Origin: an uncultured Bacteroidales bacterium
Lineage (GTDB): Bacteria; Bacteroidota; Bacteroidia; Bacteroidales; UBA1402
Assembly (NCBI GenBank): GCA_942493385.1
Contig: OW818699.1
Span: 726,808-790,807 of the forward strand
Direction of reading: 5' to 3'
Length of the DNA: 64,000 nt
Part shown: piece by piece, positions 1 through 8,024 of the stretch
Layout: every line of letters starts with the position of its first letter
Position numbering within the stretch: the first letter of the stretch is position 1
Translations under genes and position numbers: made by a program
The notes under the pieces: model-generated
What the model saw: only the letters and a program-made list of their open reading frames with translations
What the model was told of the DNA's origin: nothing
The model's database searches: none

Positions 1-131
1 TGGTAAGTACGTAAGTATGTAGCCTTTTGATGCCTAGCATGAAACGTTTCGTTTGGACTGCAAAAATAGCGGAAAAAACTCATACGACCGCAAGAAAAAC
101 GGGGCCTTGCTAAAAAAACCGAAACCGAGGT

Positions 132-161
132 TTGCGTATAATCGGAAAAGCACTATCTTTG
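132..161 (+). promoter_or_regulatory. Candidate Bacteroidota sigma-A-type promoter for the tRNA (TTG 132-134; -7 box TATCTTTG 154-161)
   Basis: Matches the Bacteroidetes -7 consensus TAnnTTTG. The box ends 21 nt before the mature tRNA 5' end, with TTTG about 19 nt upstream. Motif-only call. Confidence 0.4.
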
Positions 162-181
162 TCGCGCTTTTAAAAAATGAT

Positions 182-255
182 GGCGAGATAGCTCAGTTGG
201 TTAGAGCGCATGATTCATAATCATGAGGTCGCCGGATCATCCCCGGCTCTCGCTA
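182..255 (+). tRNA. tRNA with anticodon CAT (elongator Met or lysidine-dependent Ile2; not distinguishable by eye)
   Basis: Hand-folded cloverleaf: acceptor GGCGAGA/TCTCGCT, D arm GCTC-AGTTGGTTA-GAGC, anticodon arm CATGA-TTCATAA-TCATG, variable AGGTC, T arm GCCGG-ATCATCC-CCGGC, discriminator A. CCA is not encoded. There is no initiator-type G:C run in the anticodon stem. Confidence 0.85.
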
Positions 256-265
256 CATAAATGGG

Positions 266-304
266 AGGCACTTGAAGTAAAATTCAGGTGCCTTTTCTTT
301 TTTT
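266..304 (+). terminator. Rho-independent terminator after the tRNA
   Basis: Hairpin AGGCACTTGAA-GTAAAA-TTCAGGTGCCT (11 bp, one G.T) at 266-292, followed by TTTTCTTTTTTT. Confidence 0.75.
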
Positions 305-326
305 AGTGAAATCATCGTGAAATCAC

Positions 327-3300
327 TTATTGTTTGATGATTTTCCGAATAACTTGTTTGTTGTCGATGGTTAACTTCAAAACATACATACCACTTGGAA
401 AAGTGGATGTATTGATTTTATCAGTTTCATTTCCAATAAGTATGCGACGACCGAAAGCATCCAGAACTTCAACTCGTTGAATCGGTTCCTTTGCATTCAA
501 ATAGAGGTAGTCCGTACATGGATTCGGATATGCTGAAACCAACGATTCACTTTTGATATCAGTGTTTGAAGTAAGTGTATAGTAGAAGTCACTGGAAACA
601 AAGTTGGAAGTCATCCCTTCGGCAGTCAAAATAAAATGGTATCTCTTGTTTAGCTGTAAGCCATGAACAAGGGCTAACATCCGTACGGTCCTAGAATTAA
701 ACACTTGTGAAGGACTAAGCAATAAGGAATCCCAAGCAGAATTTTCCAGACCGTACCGCAACTTAATGTTGGTTAAATAGCCTCCGTTGCAGTTCAAATA
801 AAATTCAATTTGGATGGTGGAATCTGTCAATTGTTCAATTTCCAATGGTGTCAAAAGTACCCCGCTACTTGCTTTAAAAATACCTTCCTTGCTGTAAATA
901 TGCTCCTTGCCCAATTCTGCCTTTAATCGATAATAATTCAAAGCGGTCGAATCTAACAAGGTGACATTGGCCGAGACATTGGTCGAGTAACCTTTCAAAA
1001 CAGTTGATGGCGTTGCTTTAATACTTTTTTGATACTCCATGGTAGTCCCATACTCAAAAGACACATTAGTTATCGTATCCTTATTTGCGACAACATATCC
1101 ACTTAGCGTAACGATTCCATTATTGTACCTTGTTGAAGTCAGATAGATCTCGTATTCAGTCTTTGTATACAACGTAGCTGTGTTGCTATATACTGTTTTT
1201 CCGTCATAAAAGGCTTTTAACCGCACGAAATAGAGGGTTGATGGTTTTAGATCTGTCAATTTTGTACTGACATCTGTAGAAGTATTACCTAAAAAGTAGC
1301 TTGGTTGTGTGCTGATCGAATATTGGAATGTTGTATCAACGCCATATTGGAATTCGACCACGTTAAACACTTTATCACGCGATAAGAGTTTACCGAAAAC
1401 TGTCGCTTCGTAACATGTAATGTTGGTTATGTTGTTAATCTCCAATTCGTAATCAGAAATAGTTGAAAAATACTTTGTTTCGGAATAAAAGGTGCTGTCA
1501 TGAAAGGTACAGGAAAGCCTATACTGATAACGACTTTTAGGTTTAAGTGCTTCAAGTTTAATTGAAAAATCCCGACTTGTCTGCGGTAAAAGTGCCTCAT
1601 CAGTCAATTCCAATACGTTGTTATAACCATTGATGCCGTATTCAATTTTCTGATTGGTCAATATCCCTTCGTTTGAAGCGATTGTACCTGTTATGAGAGC
1701 ACTTTGGTGGGTGATCTCGGTCGCAGCATTCAGATACATCGACACAGGTTTGACTTCGATTGAATGTTTAAGAACCAACCCATTATTGCCATACAAAAAG
1801 AGTTGGCGCCCTTTCATTTCCATGGACTGGAGGTTATAGGGTACAGTTATTTGATTCCAACTTGATCCACCATTGGTAGTCGTATACAATTCGCAATAGT
1901 CGCTTGCTATGAACCCTATGTTTGGAGAAAGGAATTTTATGTTTTTAAAAGTACCATAGGGGTGTGTAATCTTCTGCCAAGTAATACCGCCATCGAGTGT
2001 TTTATACATCATGTTGTTGTTCCCCGATAGGAAGCCAACGTCTTTGTTAAGAAAATGCATGGTGATCAATTCAGTAAAGTACTCAGAATACTCAGAACAC
2101 ACAAAGACAGGGACCCATGTTTTCCCGTAATCGACTGTTTTGCAAAGCTTGTTGTACTGTTTGGAATAGCCTGTACTTTCACTGACAAATTGGATTTGTG
2201 AAAAACTCATGTCACAGAGTTTGATCCAAGACTCACCACCATTTGTTGTTTTAAATGTTTTAAGTTCATTGAACCCCCCGCTGACGTATCCAGTATCCTT
2301 GTCAATGAAATCAATTGAATAAAGATTGTCCGACATCAAATCGGAACCCTTGTTGGTTTTCTGCCACGTGATGCCTCCATCCGTGGTTTTGTAGACCTTT
2401 GCAACAGCAGCGGATGTTCCATACGATCCTCCTGCCAGGCAATAACCTATTTCTGGACTTACAAAATCAAACCTGCCGGTTGTCACATTTAATCCTGGGG
2501 CGCCCAGTTTTTCCCAAGTGACTCCTCCATCGGTGGTTTTTATGAAACTATTATCAATCTGGCCAAATGCAGTCTGGTTGGTGACAAATTGCAACTGGTT
2601 GATATTCTTATAAGTGGCAGCGTATTCAGTCCATGTTTTTCCTCCGTTCTGAGTTTTCATGATTCTTCCGCCATTACCAACAGCAAACCCCGTCGACTCA
2701 TCCAAAAAAAATAGGCTCTGGATGTCGGTTCCATAAATTCTTCCAGACTGAAATCCCAACCATTCAAAGGTGGCTCCTCCGTTGATTGTTTTAAAAATCA
2801 CACCGTGCTCTCCTCCAATGAATCCATTCTGGGGATCTAAAAAAAAGTACGTATTGATAAAATCCGATGTTCCAGATATTCCAGACCAAGTTTCTCCACC
2901 ATCGTTTGTTTTCAAAATAGTACTATGCCCTCGTGTTGCAAATCCTGTATTTTTATCACAGAAATACAGAGTTGCAATCTCTGCTGGGATAGAATTGACT
3001 GAACTGGTCGTATGCCAATTGGCTCCACCATCGTTTGTTTTCATAATGGTTCCGTCTGTACAGCCGACATGACCGATCAATGTGCTGGTGAAAAAAGAAT
3101 GCAAAATCTGTTTGGTGGTAATCGGTATGGACGACCAATTCAAGCCTCCATTGTAGGAACGATAAAGTGTTTTCGTACCGGTTATCAGAACAGTATCTTC
3201 ATTGATAAGGCTGACCGTGTTCAGATCATCATCCGTAAAGGGTACGACCAACTTCACCCATCCACCTCCCATGAAGGTCGATTTATAGACGGTTCCGTCA

Positions 3301-5303
3301 TTTCCGACAACATAGCCTATTCCATTTTTGAATGCCAAATGGTTTCCGGAAGCTATTTGTGTGAGTATCCTCCATGATGTTCCGCAATCATCTGTTTTAA
3401 GTAGTTGGTTGTCATTCAGGATGAAACCGGTTTGTCTGTTGATGAAAACGATAACCTTGCATGTCTTTGACGAAGGTTCTGGACTGAGCAACGTCCACCC
3501 GTTCAAGTTGTCGACCAACCAAGGTTTCACACGGTATAGAAAGAACGATTTCACAGCCGTGCATCCGGCTTCGTTTACCACGGTAACGCTATACCAACCT
3601 TCATTCTTCAAGGTCACATTCGGAGTGGTTTCACCTGTGCTCCAATGATACGACTTGAAAATGCCAGCGTTCAGCGAAATAGAGTCACCATCCAGTAGGA
3701 TCGTATCCGAAAGCGTAATGTTGGGTGTTTCCGCTACTGTCAAGTACACCGAATCAGTCAAAAAGCAATCATAACTGTTCTGCACAGTTACAACGTAAGT
3801 GCCGGAGGTTTTAATATCGATGGTTCGGGTACTGTCCCCCGTATTCCAAGCATAGGTTTTAAAACCACTTGGAGCGGACAGTTCGTAATAGTTACATACC
3901 GTTCTGTCTTTGCCTAAATCAAATTCCGGAGATGGATTGATGGTGATCGTCTTGACGATGGTATCAATTTTCTCTGGGTAATAAGCCAGCAAACAAACTA
4001 CATAATCACCCGAATTCACATAGTTGTTTGTTGGGTTTAATAGTGAAGTACTCCTTCCATCCCCAAAAAACCATCTTGCGGAGTCTAAACGGAACATGTT
4101 GCTGATTTGAAAATCAGTATTCTGGCCTCTACAGATTTTATCAACTGAGAAGGAAGTCTTAAAAAGGTAGCTTTGGTTGAAAACAGGGGTTGAATACACA
4201 AAGGAATTTCCACCTTCCAAAAACAATCCATTCTCTTTGACGATGCAATTCGTACCGTATTCGTTCGGATGTTCTATGACTCCCAAATGTTCGGTACCAC
4301 CACCTCCACCACCTTTGGAAGCATAGATTTTGCCATTTGGACCCAACTGCAAATCGGTCAGAGAATTGTATTTTTCACTCAATAGTAAAACTTTTGAATC
4401 GCTTATTTCTTTCGTGGTCGATTTGGTTGCATCAAATTGATGCAAGCCTCCTCCAGAATTATGAACGTATACTTTTGTCGCATCCGACGAGAATTCCAAA
4501 CCATCGCAACCTGAATTGTCAAAAGGAAAATTGATGGACATAGGGTTTGTCAAGATTCCTGTAGCATGATCGAAATCAAATAACGTAAAATCGTCCTTGT
4601 TTGCTGCATAACGATAGGTGATGCCAATTTTTCGTCCATCCGTCGAAGCTTTGAATTGATCAAGGCCACTCGAGTACAAGGCGTTCCCTACTGTACTGAG
4701 CACCGAGGTTTCAGAAACGCCCGATTCTGTTATCAAGAAAGCATAATACTCACTCGTATTGTGTCTGTGAATGATCAACCAAACGTCTTTTCGATTCTCG
4801 TGCAAAACCGTGGTCAACTTATTGGTTTCGACATTCAACAAGATTTTTCCCTTTTCAACCACGTCACCCAATCCGTTGTTGAGATTCATATTTACCGTCG
4901 AGAAATATAGTGCTGTCTTAATGCCGACTGAAATGATGTAGAAAATGGAATCGGATCCTGGTTTTTGAACAATGGTCGATTTGTTCGGCAAATAATTGTT
5001 TGCCGTTGGAAACAGATTCGTTCCGTTCGGCATAAGGGTGTGATTCTTGTTCCAAACACTCATTCCGTCCGAATAGAAAAGTAACTTTCCGTTGGCGTCG
5101 CTTATAATGCCAACTGCACCGGTATTGTGTTTTGAATAGTCCGTTTTAATTAAGACAGTATCTTCTAGAAAGGCTAATCCAATATTGCTTTTAAACAGCC
5201 AATTGTTCGTTATCTTCTGTGCTATTGCAATTTGAAGAAAGGACAAACCCAACACGATAAAAAGGAGTTTCTTGAAAAACGTGAACGTCATATTTCCATG
5301 CAT
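327..5303 (-). CDS. Giant T9SS-secreted protein: N-terminal propeller-like region, PKD/Ig-like modules, tandem Asp-box (BNR/Ycf48-like) beta-propellers, four Fn3-like repeats, Por-type C-terminal sorting domain
   Basis: 1658-aa ORF with a signal peptide (KKLLFIVLGLSFLQIAIAQ). It has a PKD-like segment (WFFGDGRST) and two YxWxTG...GxYxVTV modules at aa ~385-590. There are 12 clear KTxDGGxTW-type Asp boxes at aa ~636-1200. Four ~90-aa repeats carry the xEYG...Y..R motif. The last ~80 aa (YPNPCTDYLYL...GMYVLKL) match the T9SS CTD pattern. Confidence 0.85.
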   Translation of the reverse strand: MHGNMTFTFFKKLLFIVLGLSFLQIAIAQKITNNWLFKSNIGLAFLEDTVLIKTDYSKHNTGAVGIISDANGKLLFYSDGMSVWNKNHTLMPNGTNLFPTANNYLPNKSTIVQKPGSDSIFYIISVGIKTALYFSTVNMNLNNGLGDVVEKGKILLNVETNKLTTVLHENRKDVWLIIHRHNTSEYYAFLITESGVSETSVLSTVGNALYSSGLDQFKASTDGRKIGITYRYAANKDDFTLFDFDHATGILTNPMSINFPFDNSGCDGLEFSSDATKVYVHNSGGGLHQFDATKSTTKEISDSKVLLLSEKYNSLTDLQLGPNGKIYASKGGGGGGTEHLGVIEHPNEYGTNCIVKENGLFLEGGNSFVYSTPVFNQSYLFKTSFSVDKICRGQNTDFQISNMFRLDSARWFFGDGRSTSLLNPTNNYVNSGDYVVCLLAYYPEKIDTIVKTITINPSPEFDLGKDRTVCNYYELSAPSGFKTYAWNTGDSTRTIDIKTSGTYVVTVQNSYDCFLTDSVYLTVAETPNITLSDTILLDGDSISLNAGIFKSYHWSTGETTPNVTLKNEGWYSVTVVNEAGCTAVKSFFLYRVKPWLVDNLNGWTLLSPEPSSKTCKVIVFINRQTGFILNDNQLLKTDDCGTSWRILTQIASGNHLAFKNGIGYVVGNDGTVYKSTFMGGGWVKLVVPFTDDDLNTVSLINEDTVLITGTKTLYRSYNGGLNWSSIPITTKQILHSFFTSTLIGHVGCTDGTIMKTNDGGANWHTTSSVNSIPAEIATLYFCDKNTGFATRGHSTILKTNDGGETWSGISGTSDFINTYFFLDPQNGFIGGEHGVIFKTINGGATFEWLGFQSGRIYGTDIQSLFFLDESTGFAVGNGGRIMKTQNGGKTWTEYAATYKNINQLQFVTNQTAFGQIDNSFIKTTDGGVTWEKLGAPGLNVTTGRFDFVSPEIGYCLAGGSYGTSAAVAKVYKTTDGGITWQKTNKGSDLMSDNLYSIDFIDKDTGYVSGGFNELKTFKTTNGGESWIKLCDMSFSQIQFVSESTGYSKQYNKLCKTVDYGKTWVPVFVCSEYSEYFTELITMHFLNKDVGFLSGNNNMMYKTLDGGITWQKITHPYGTFKNIKFLSPNIGFIASDYCELYTTTNGGSSWNQITVPYNLQSMEMKGRQLFLYGNNGLVLKHSIEVKPVSMYLNAATEITHQSALITGTIASNEGILTNQKIEYGINGYNNVLELTDEALLPQTSRDFSIKLEALKPKSRYQYRLSCTFHDSTFYSETKYFSTISDYELEINNITNITCYEATVFGKLLSRDKVFNVVEFQYGVDTTFQYSISTQPSYFLGNTSTDVSTKLTDLKPSTLYFVRLKAFYDGKTVYSNTATLYTKTEYEIYLTSTRYNNGIVTLSGYVVANKDTITNVSFEYGTTMEYQKSIKATPSTVLKGYSTNVSANVTLLDSTALNYYRLKAELGKEHIYSKEGIFKASSGVLLTPLEIEQLTDSTIQIEFYLNCNGGYLTNIKLRYGLENSAWDSLLLSPSQVFNSRTVRMLALVHGLQLNKRYHFILTAEGMTSNFVSSDFYYTLTSNTDIKSESLVSAYPNPCTDYLYLNAKEPIQRVEVLDAFGRRILIGNETDKINTSTFPSGMYVLKLTIDNKQVIRKIIKQ
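330..569 (-). other. T9SS (Por) C-terminal sorting domain of the 1658-aa protein
   Basis: The C-terminal ~80 aa, SAYPNPCTDYLYLNAKEPIQRVEVLDAFGRRIL...PSGMYVLKLTIDNKQVIRKIIKQ, resemble the TIGR04183-type CTD as recalled from memory. Confidence 0.7.
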
Positions 5304-5325
5304 CAGTTGTAAAACTTAATTCATG

Positions 5326-5333
5326 CAAATTTA
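5326..5333 (-). promoter_or_regulatory. Candidate -7 promoter box (TAAATTTG on the minus strand) for the T9SS cargo gene
   Basis: Plus-strand CAAATTTA is the reverse complement of TAAATTTG. It lies 23 nt upstream of the ATG at 5303. Confidence 0.4.
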
Positions 5334-5412
5334 TAATTAAGATTGGATTAATTAGTGGATTCTTGCAATCGGTTTGACTTTTTTTGTGAACAAGCACTTT
5401 AAGTTTTTGTGA

Positions 5413-7818
5413 CTATTGCAAAATGCTTTGACCTCTATCGTTTAATCGATTGTTGACTCTTGTTTGGAAGTGCTTATATATCAGTCCCAGTAATTCGTCT
5501 TTGTTAATCGGTTTTGAAATGTAGTCATTGCATCCGGCTTCAATGGATTTTTTTCGATCGCCTGATAGGCCAAAGGAGGTCTGTGCTATAATGACCACGT
5601 CGTTGTTGAATTGTCGTATTTGACGAGTCGCTTCATGCCCGTTCAAACCTGGTATTTGAATGTCCATTAGGATCAAATCCAAATCGGAATTTTGGCGGCA
5701 TATAGTAATTGCATCCAAACCATTTTTAGTGGTCAATACTTTAGTGCTTAACTTTTGGATCATTTCTTTCAGAAGTGCTTCTGATGTTTCGTCGTCTTCC
5801 ACGATTAAAATTTTCAATTGAAATTCATCCTTATTGTCATGGTGAAGATTGGGCTCAACCAGTATTTCGTTGGCATTCGTAATGTAAGGAATGGTAAAAT
5901 AGAATGTTGAACCAATATTTAGTTCACTTTGCACCCAGATTTTACCTCCGAGCATTTCTACATAGGCTCTTGAAATGGCCAAGCCAAGACCGGCTCCCTG
6001 ACGAGCCATTTTATCATGGATATCAGCCTGTATAAAACGTTCAAAGATAGCCTCGTGCCTGTCCTTTGGAATCCCGATACCTGTGTCCTTTATGTAAAAC
6101 TCGAGGTCCTTAGGCGCACCAGGAGCGCCGTTTTTTTTCAATTTGTAACCAAATTCTATGGTGCCTCCATCGGTGAACTTGATGGCATTTTTTACCAGGT
6201 TCGATAGAATACCAATCAATTTCTCACTATCTGTTTTGATGATGGACTCAATGTCTGGTAAGCCGTTTCTAAGTGTAATCGTTAGATTCTTCTTTTCAGC
6301 ATCGAGTTTTAAGACGTTGTAAACATAATCGGTTTGTGCATTTATTATGGTGTCCGAAATGTACGTTTCCGATGTTCCTGATTCAATTTTTGAGATGCTG
6401 ACAATATCATTGATGATATTAAGCATTCGTTCACCGCTTTTTTCAATAATACCGATGTATTCCTGTTGTTGCTCGCCAGATAATTCCGGCTCCTTTAGCA
6501 GTCCGGCAAAACCAAGGATGCCATTCATGGGAGTTCTTATTTCATGGCTCATATTTGCCAGGAAAGCGGATTTGAGGCGGTCGCTTTCCTCGGCATGTTC
6601 TTTGGCTTTAATTAGTTCTTTTTCAGCCTGTTTACGTTCGGTAATATCCCTGCAACTTCCATAGATCGTACCATTGGGTAGTATAATGGCATTAAGGTCC
6701 GTTGAAACATAGTTTCCGTCTTTTTTTAAAAGTTCAAGTTCACTATAACCTTTACCTTTATTTAATACCTGATTGAAAATCTCAAGAGTTTCCGATTTTT
6801 TATCTGGGTTTGTAATATCTGCGATTGACTTGCTTTTCATTTCCTCTAATGTAAAACCAAGCAGGGCGGACACCGCCTTATTAGTATACAAATACTTGCC
6901 TTGTTGGTTTGTAATGAAAATGGCATCGGCAGAATTTTCCATGATTGACATGGAATTTTGTTCGCTTTCTTTGGATGTCTGAAATGCTTTCAAATATTTC
7001 TCGTTGCTTTTCATCAAAGCCAATTCTGTTTCTTCTCGCTTTTCAATTTGATCGGTAAGTTCTTTGTTTACAAGGATTAACTCTGCTGTAAGTTTTGCTC
7101 TTTCTGTTTTCAACACAAGCTCTTTATTCGTGTTGACCAGTTCGGCAGCACGTTTTGCCTTATCAATATTGGCAATTACAAACATTGCAGCACGTTTTGC
7201 TTTCTCCACATTCGCAATGATTATTTCTGCTGCTCGTATTGCTTTCTCGTTTTTTTGATAAACAAGTTCTTTGCATGCAATGACCAACTCTGCAGAACGT
7301 TGGGCTTTTTCTACATTTGCAATTACCAACTCTGCTGAACGATTGGCTTTCTTAATATTTGCAATGATTAACTCGGCTTCACGTTTTGCTTTTTCTGCTT
7401 CAGCAATTACAAAATCTGCTACACGTTTTGATTTTTCTTCGGTTTGAAAAAAAGAGTCTTTGTCAGCAATGATTGATTTTGCCAACTGTTTTGCTTTCTC
7501 AATCTTGGCAATGACCAATTCTGCCTCACGCTTTGTTTTATTCACATCAGCAATAACGAACCCTGCAGCACGTCTTACCTTTTCTTCGTTTTGAAATGCA
7601 AGTTCTTTGTTGGCGATGATGCATTTATCTGCGAGTTTTGCTTTCTCTAAGTTCGCAATGACTAACACTGCTGCACGTCTTAATTTCTCTGAGTTGGTTA
7701 TAACCAGTTCTGCAGCACGTTTTGCTTTTTCTGCTTTGGCAATGACTAACTCGATAGCACGTTTGGCTTTTTCTTTGTCAGCAACAGTCAACAAATCCGA
7801 TTTTACAGGTTTATTCAT
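5413..7818 (-). CDS. Cytoplasmic hybrid sensor histidine kinase/response regulator with a long N-terminal coiled-coil repeat array and one PAS domain
   Basis: The ORF track gives 5413..7845, but that start is TTG; the first ATG is at 7818 (MNKPVKSD). Motifs: HisKA (FLANMSHEIRTPMNGILGF), HATPase (DTGIGI, GAGLGLAI), a C-terminal REC (ILIVEDDETS...LILMDIQIPGLNG) and a PAS region (ENSADAIFITNQQGKYLYTNKA). No TM segment. Confidence 0.9.
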   Translation of the reverse strand: MNKPVKSDLLTVADKEKAKRAIELVIAKAEKAKRAAELVITNSEKLRRAAVLVIANLEKAKLADKCIIANKELAFQNEEKVRRAAGFVIADVNKTKREAELVIAKIEKAKQLAKSIIADKDSFFQTEEKSKRVADFVIAEAEKAKREAELIIANIKKANRSAELVIANVEKAQRSAELVIACKELVYQKNEKAIRAAEIIIANVEKAKRAAMFVIANIDKAKRAAELVNTNKELVLKTERAKLTAELILVNKELTDQIEKREETELALMKSNEKYLKAFQTSKESEQNSMSIMENSADAIFITNQQGKYLYTNKAVSALLGFTLEEMKSKSIADITNPDKKSETLEIFNQVLNKGKGYSELELLKKDGNYVSTDLNAIILPNGTIYGSCRDITERKQAEKELIKAKEHAEESDRLKSAFLANMSHEIRTPMNGILGFAGLLKEPELSGEQQQEYIGIIEKSGERMLNIINDIVSISKIESGTSETYISDTIINAQTDYVYNVLKLDAEKKNLTITLRNGLPDIESIIKTDSEKLIGILSNLVKNAIKFTDGGTIEFGYKLKKNGAPGAPKDLEFYIKDTGIGIPKDRHEAIFERFIQADIHDKMARQGAGLGLAISRAYVEMLGGKIWVQSELNIGSTFYFTIPYITNANEILVEPNLHHDNKDEFQLKILIVEDDETSEALLKEMIQKLSTKVLTTKNGLDAITICRQNSDLDLILMDIQIPGLNGHEATRQIRQFNNDVVIIAQTSFGLSGDRKKSIEAGCNDYISKPINKDELLGLIYKHFQTRVNNRLNDRGQSILQ
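7042..7782 (-). repeat. In-frame tandem repeat array (42-bp and 63-bp units) encoding 14- and 21-residue AELVIAN-EKAKRA units
   Basis: About 15 consecutive units lie between aa ~30 and ~270 of the kinase. Unit lengths are 14,14,14,21,14,14,21,14,14,14,21,14,14,20. At the DNA level the string gcagcacgttttgc recurs. Confidence 0.85.
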
Positions 7819-8024
7819 TTTATTGTTCAATTTAGTCCTGTGCAATTGAGAACCAATGTATTCAAACGAATACCAAAAGTTTTAGTTGCGAGGGACGTTT
7901 TTAATGAGTAAAGGTAAATTCTTTGATAGTGATAAAAGTTATACAATTACCTCAAAACATTACATAACTCATATAAAATTAGTATGTTTATAGTTCATAC
8001 TGTTGCTTTTTCTCGTTCTGCGAT

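Noticed and set aside
4296-4313. Gly6 (here) and Gly7 (27140-27160) runs considered as slipped-strand phase-variation tracts
   Set aside because: The codons are mixed (GGT/GGA/GGC), so there is no homopolymer or long perfect triplet repeat at the DNA level.
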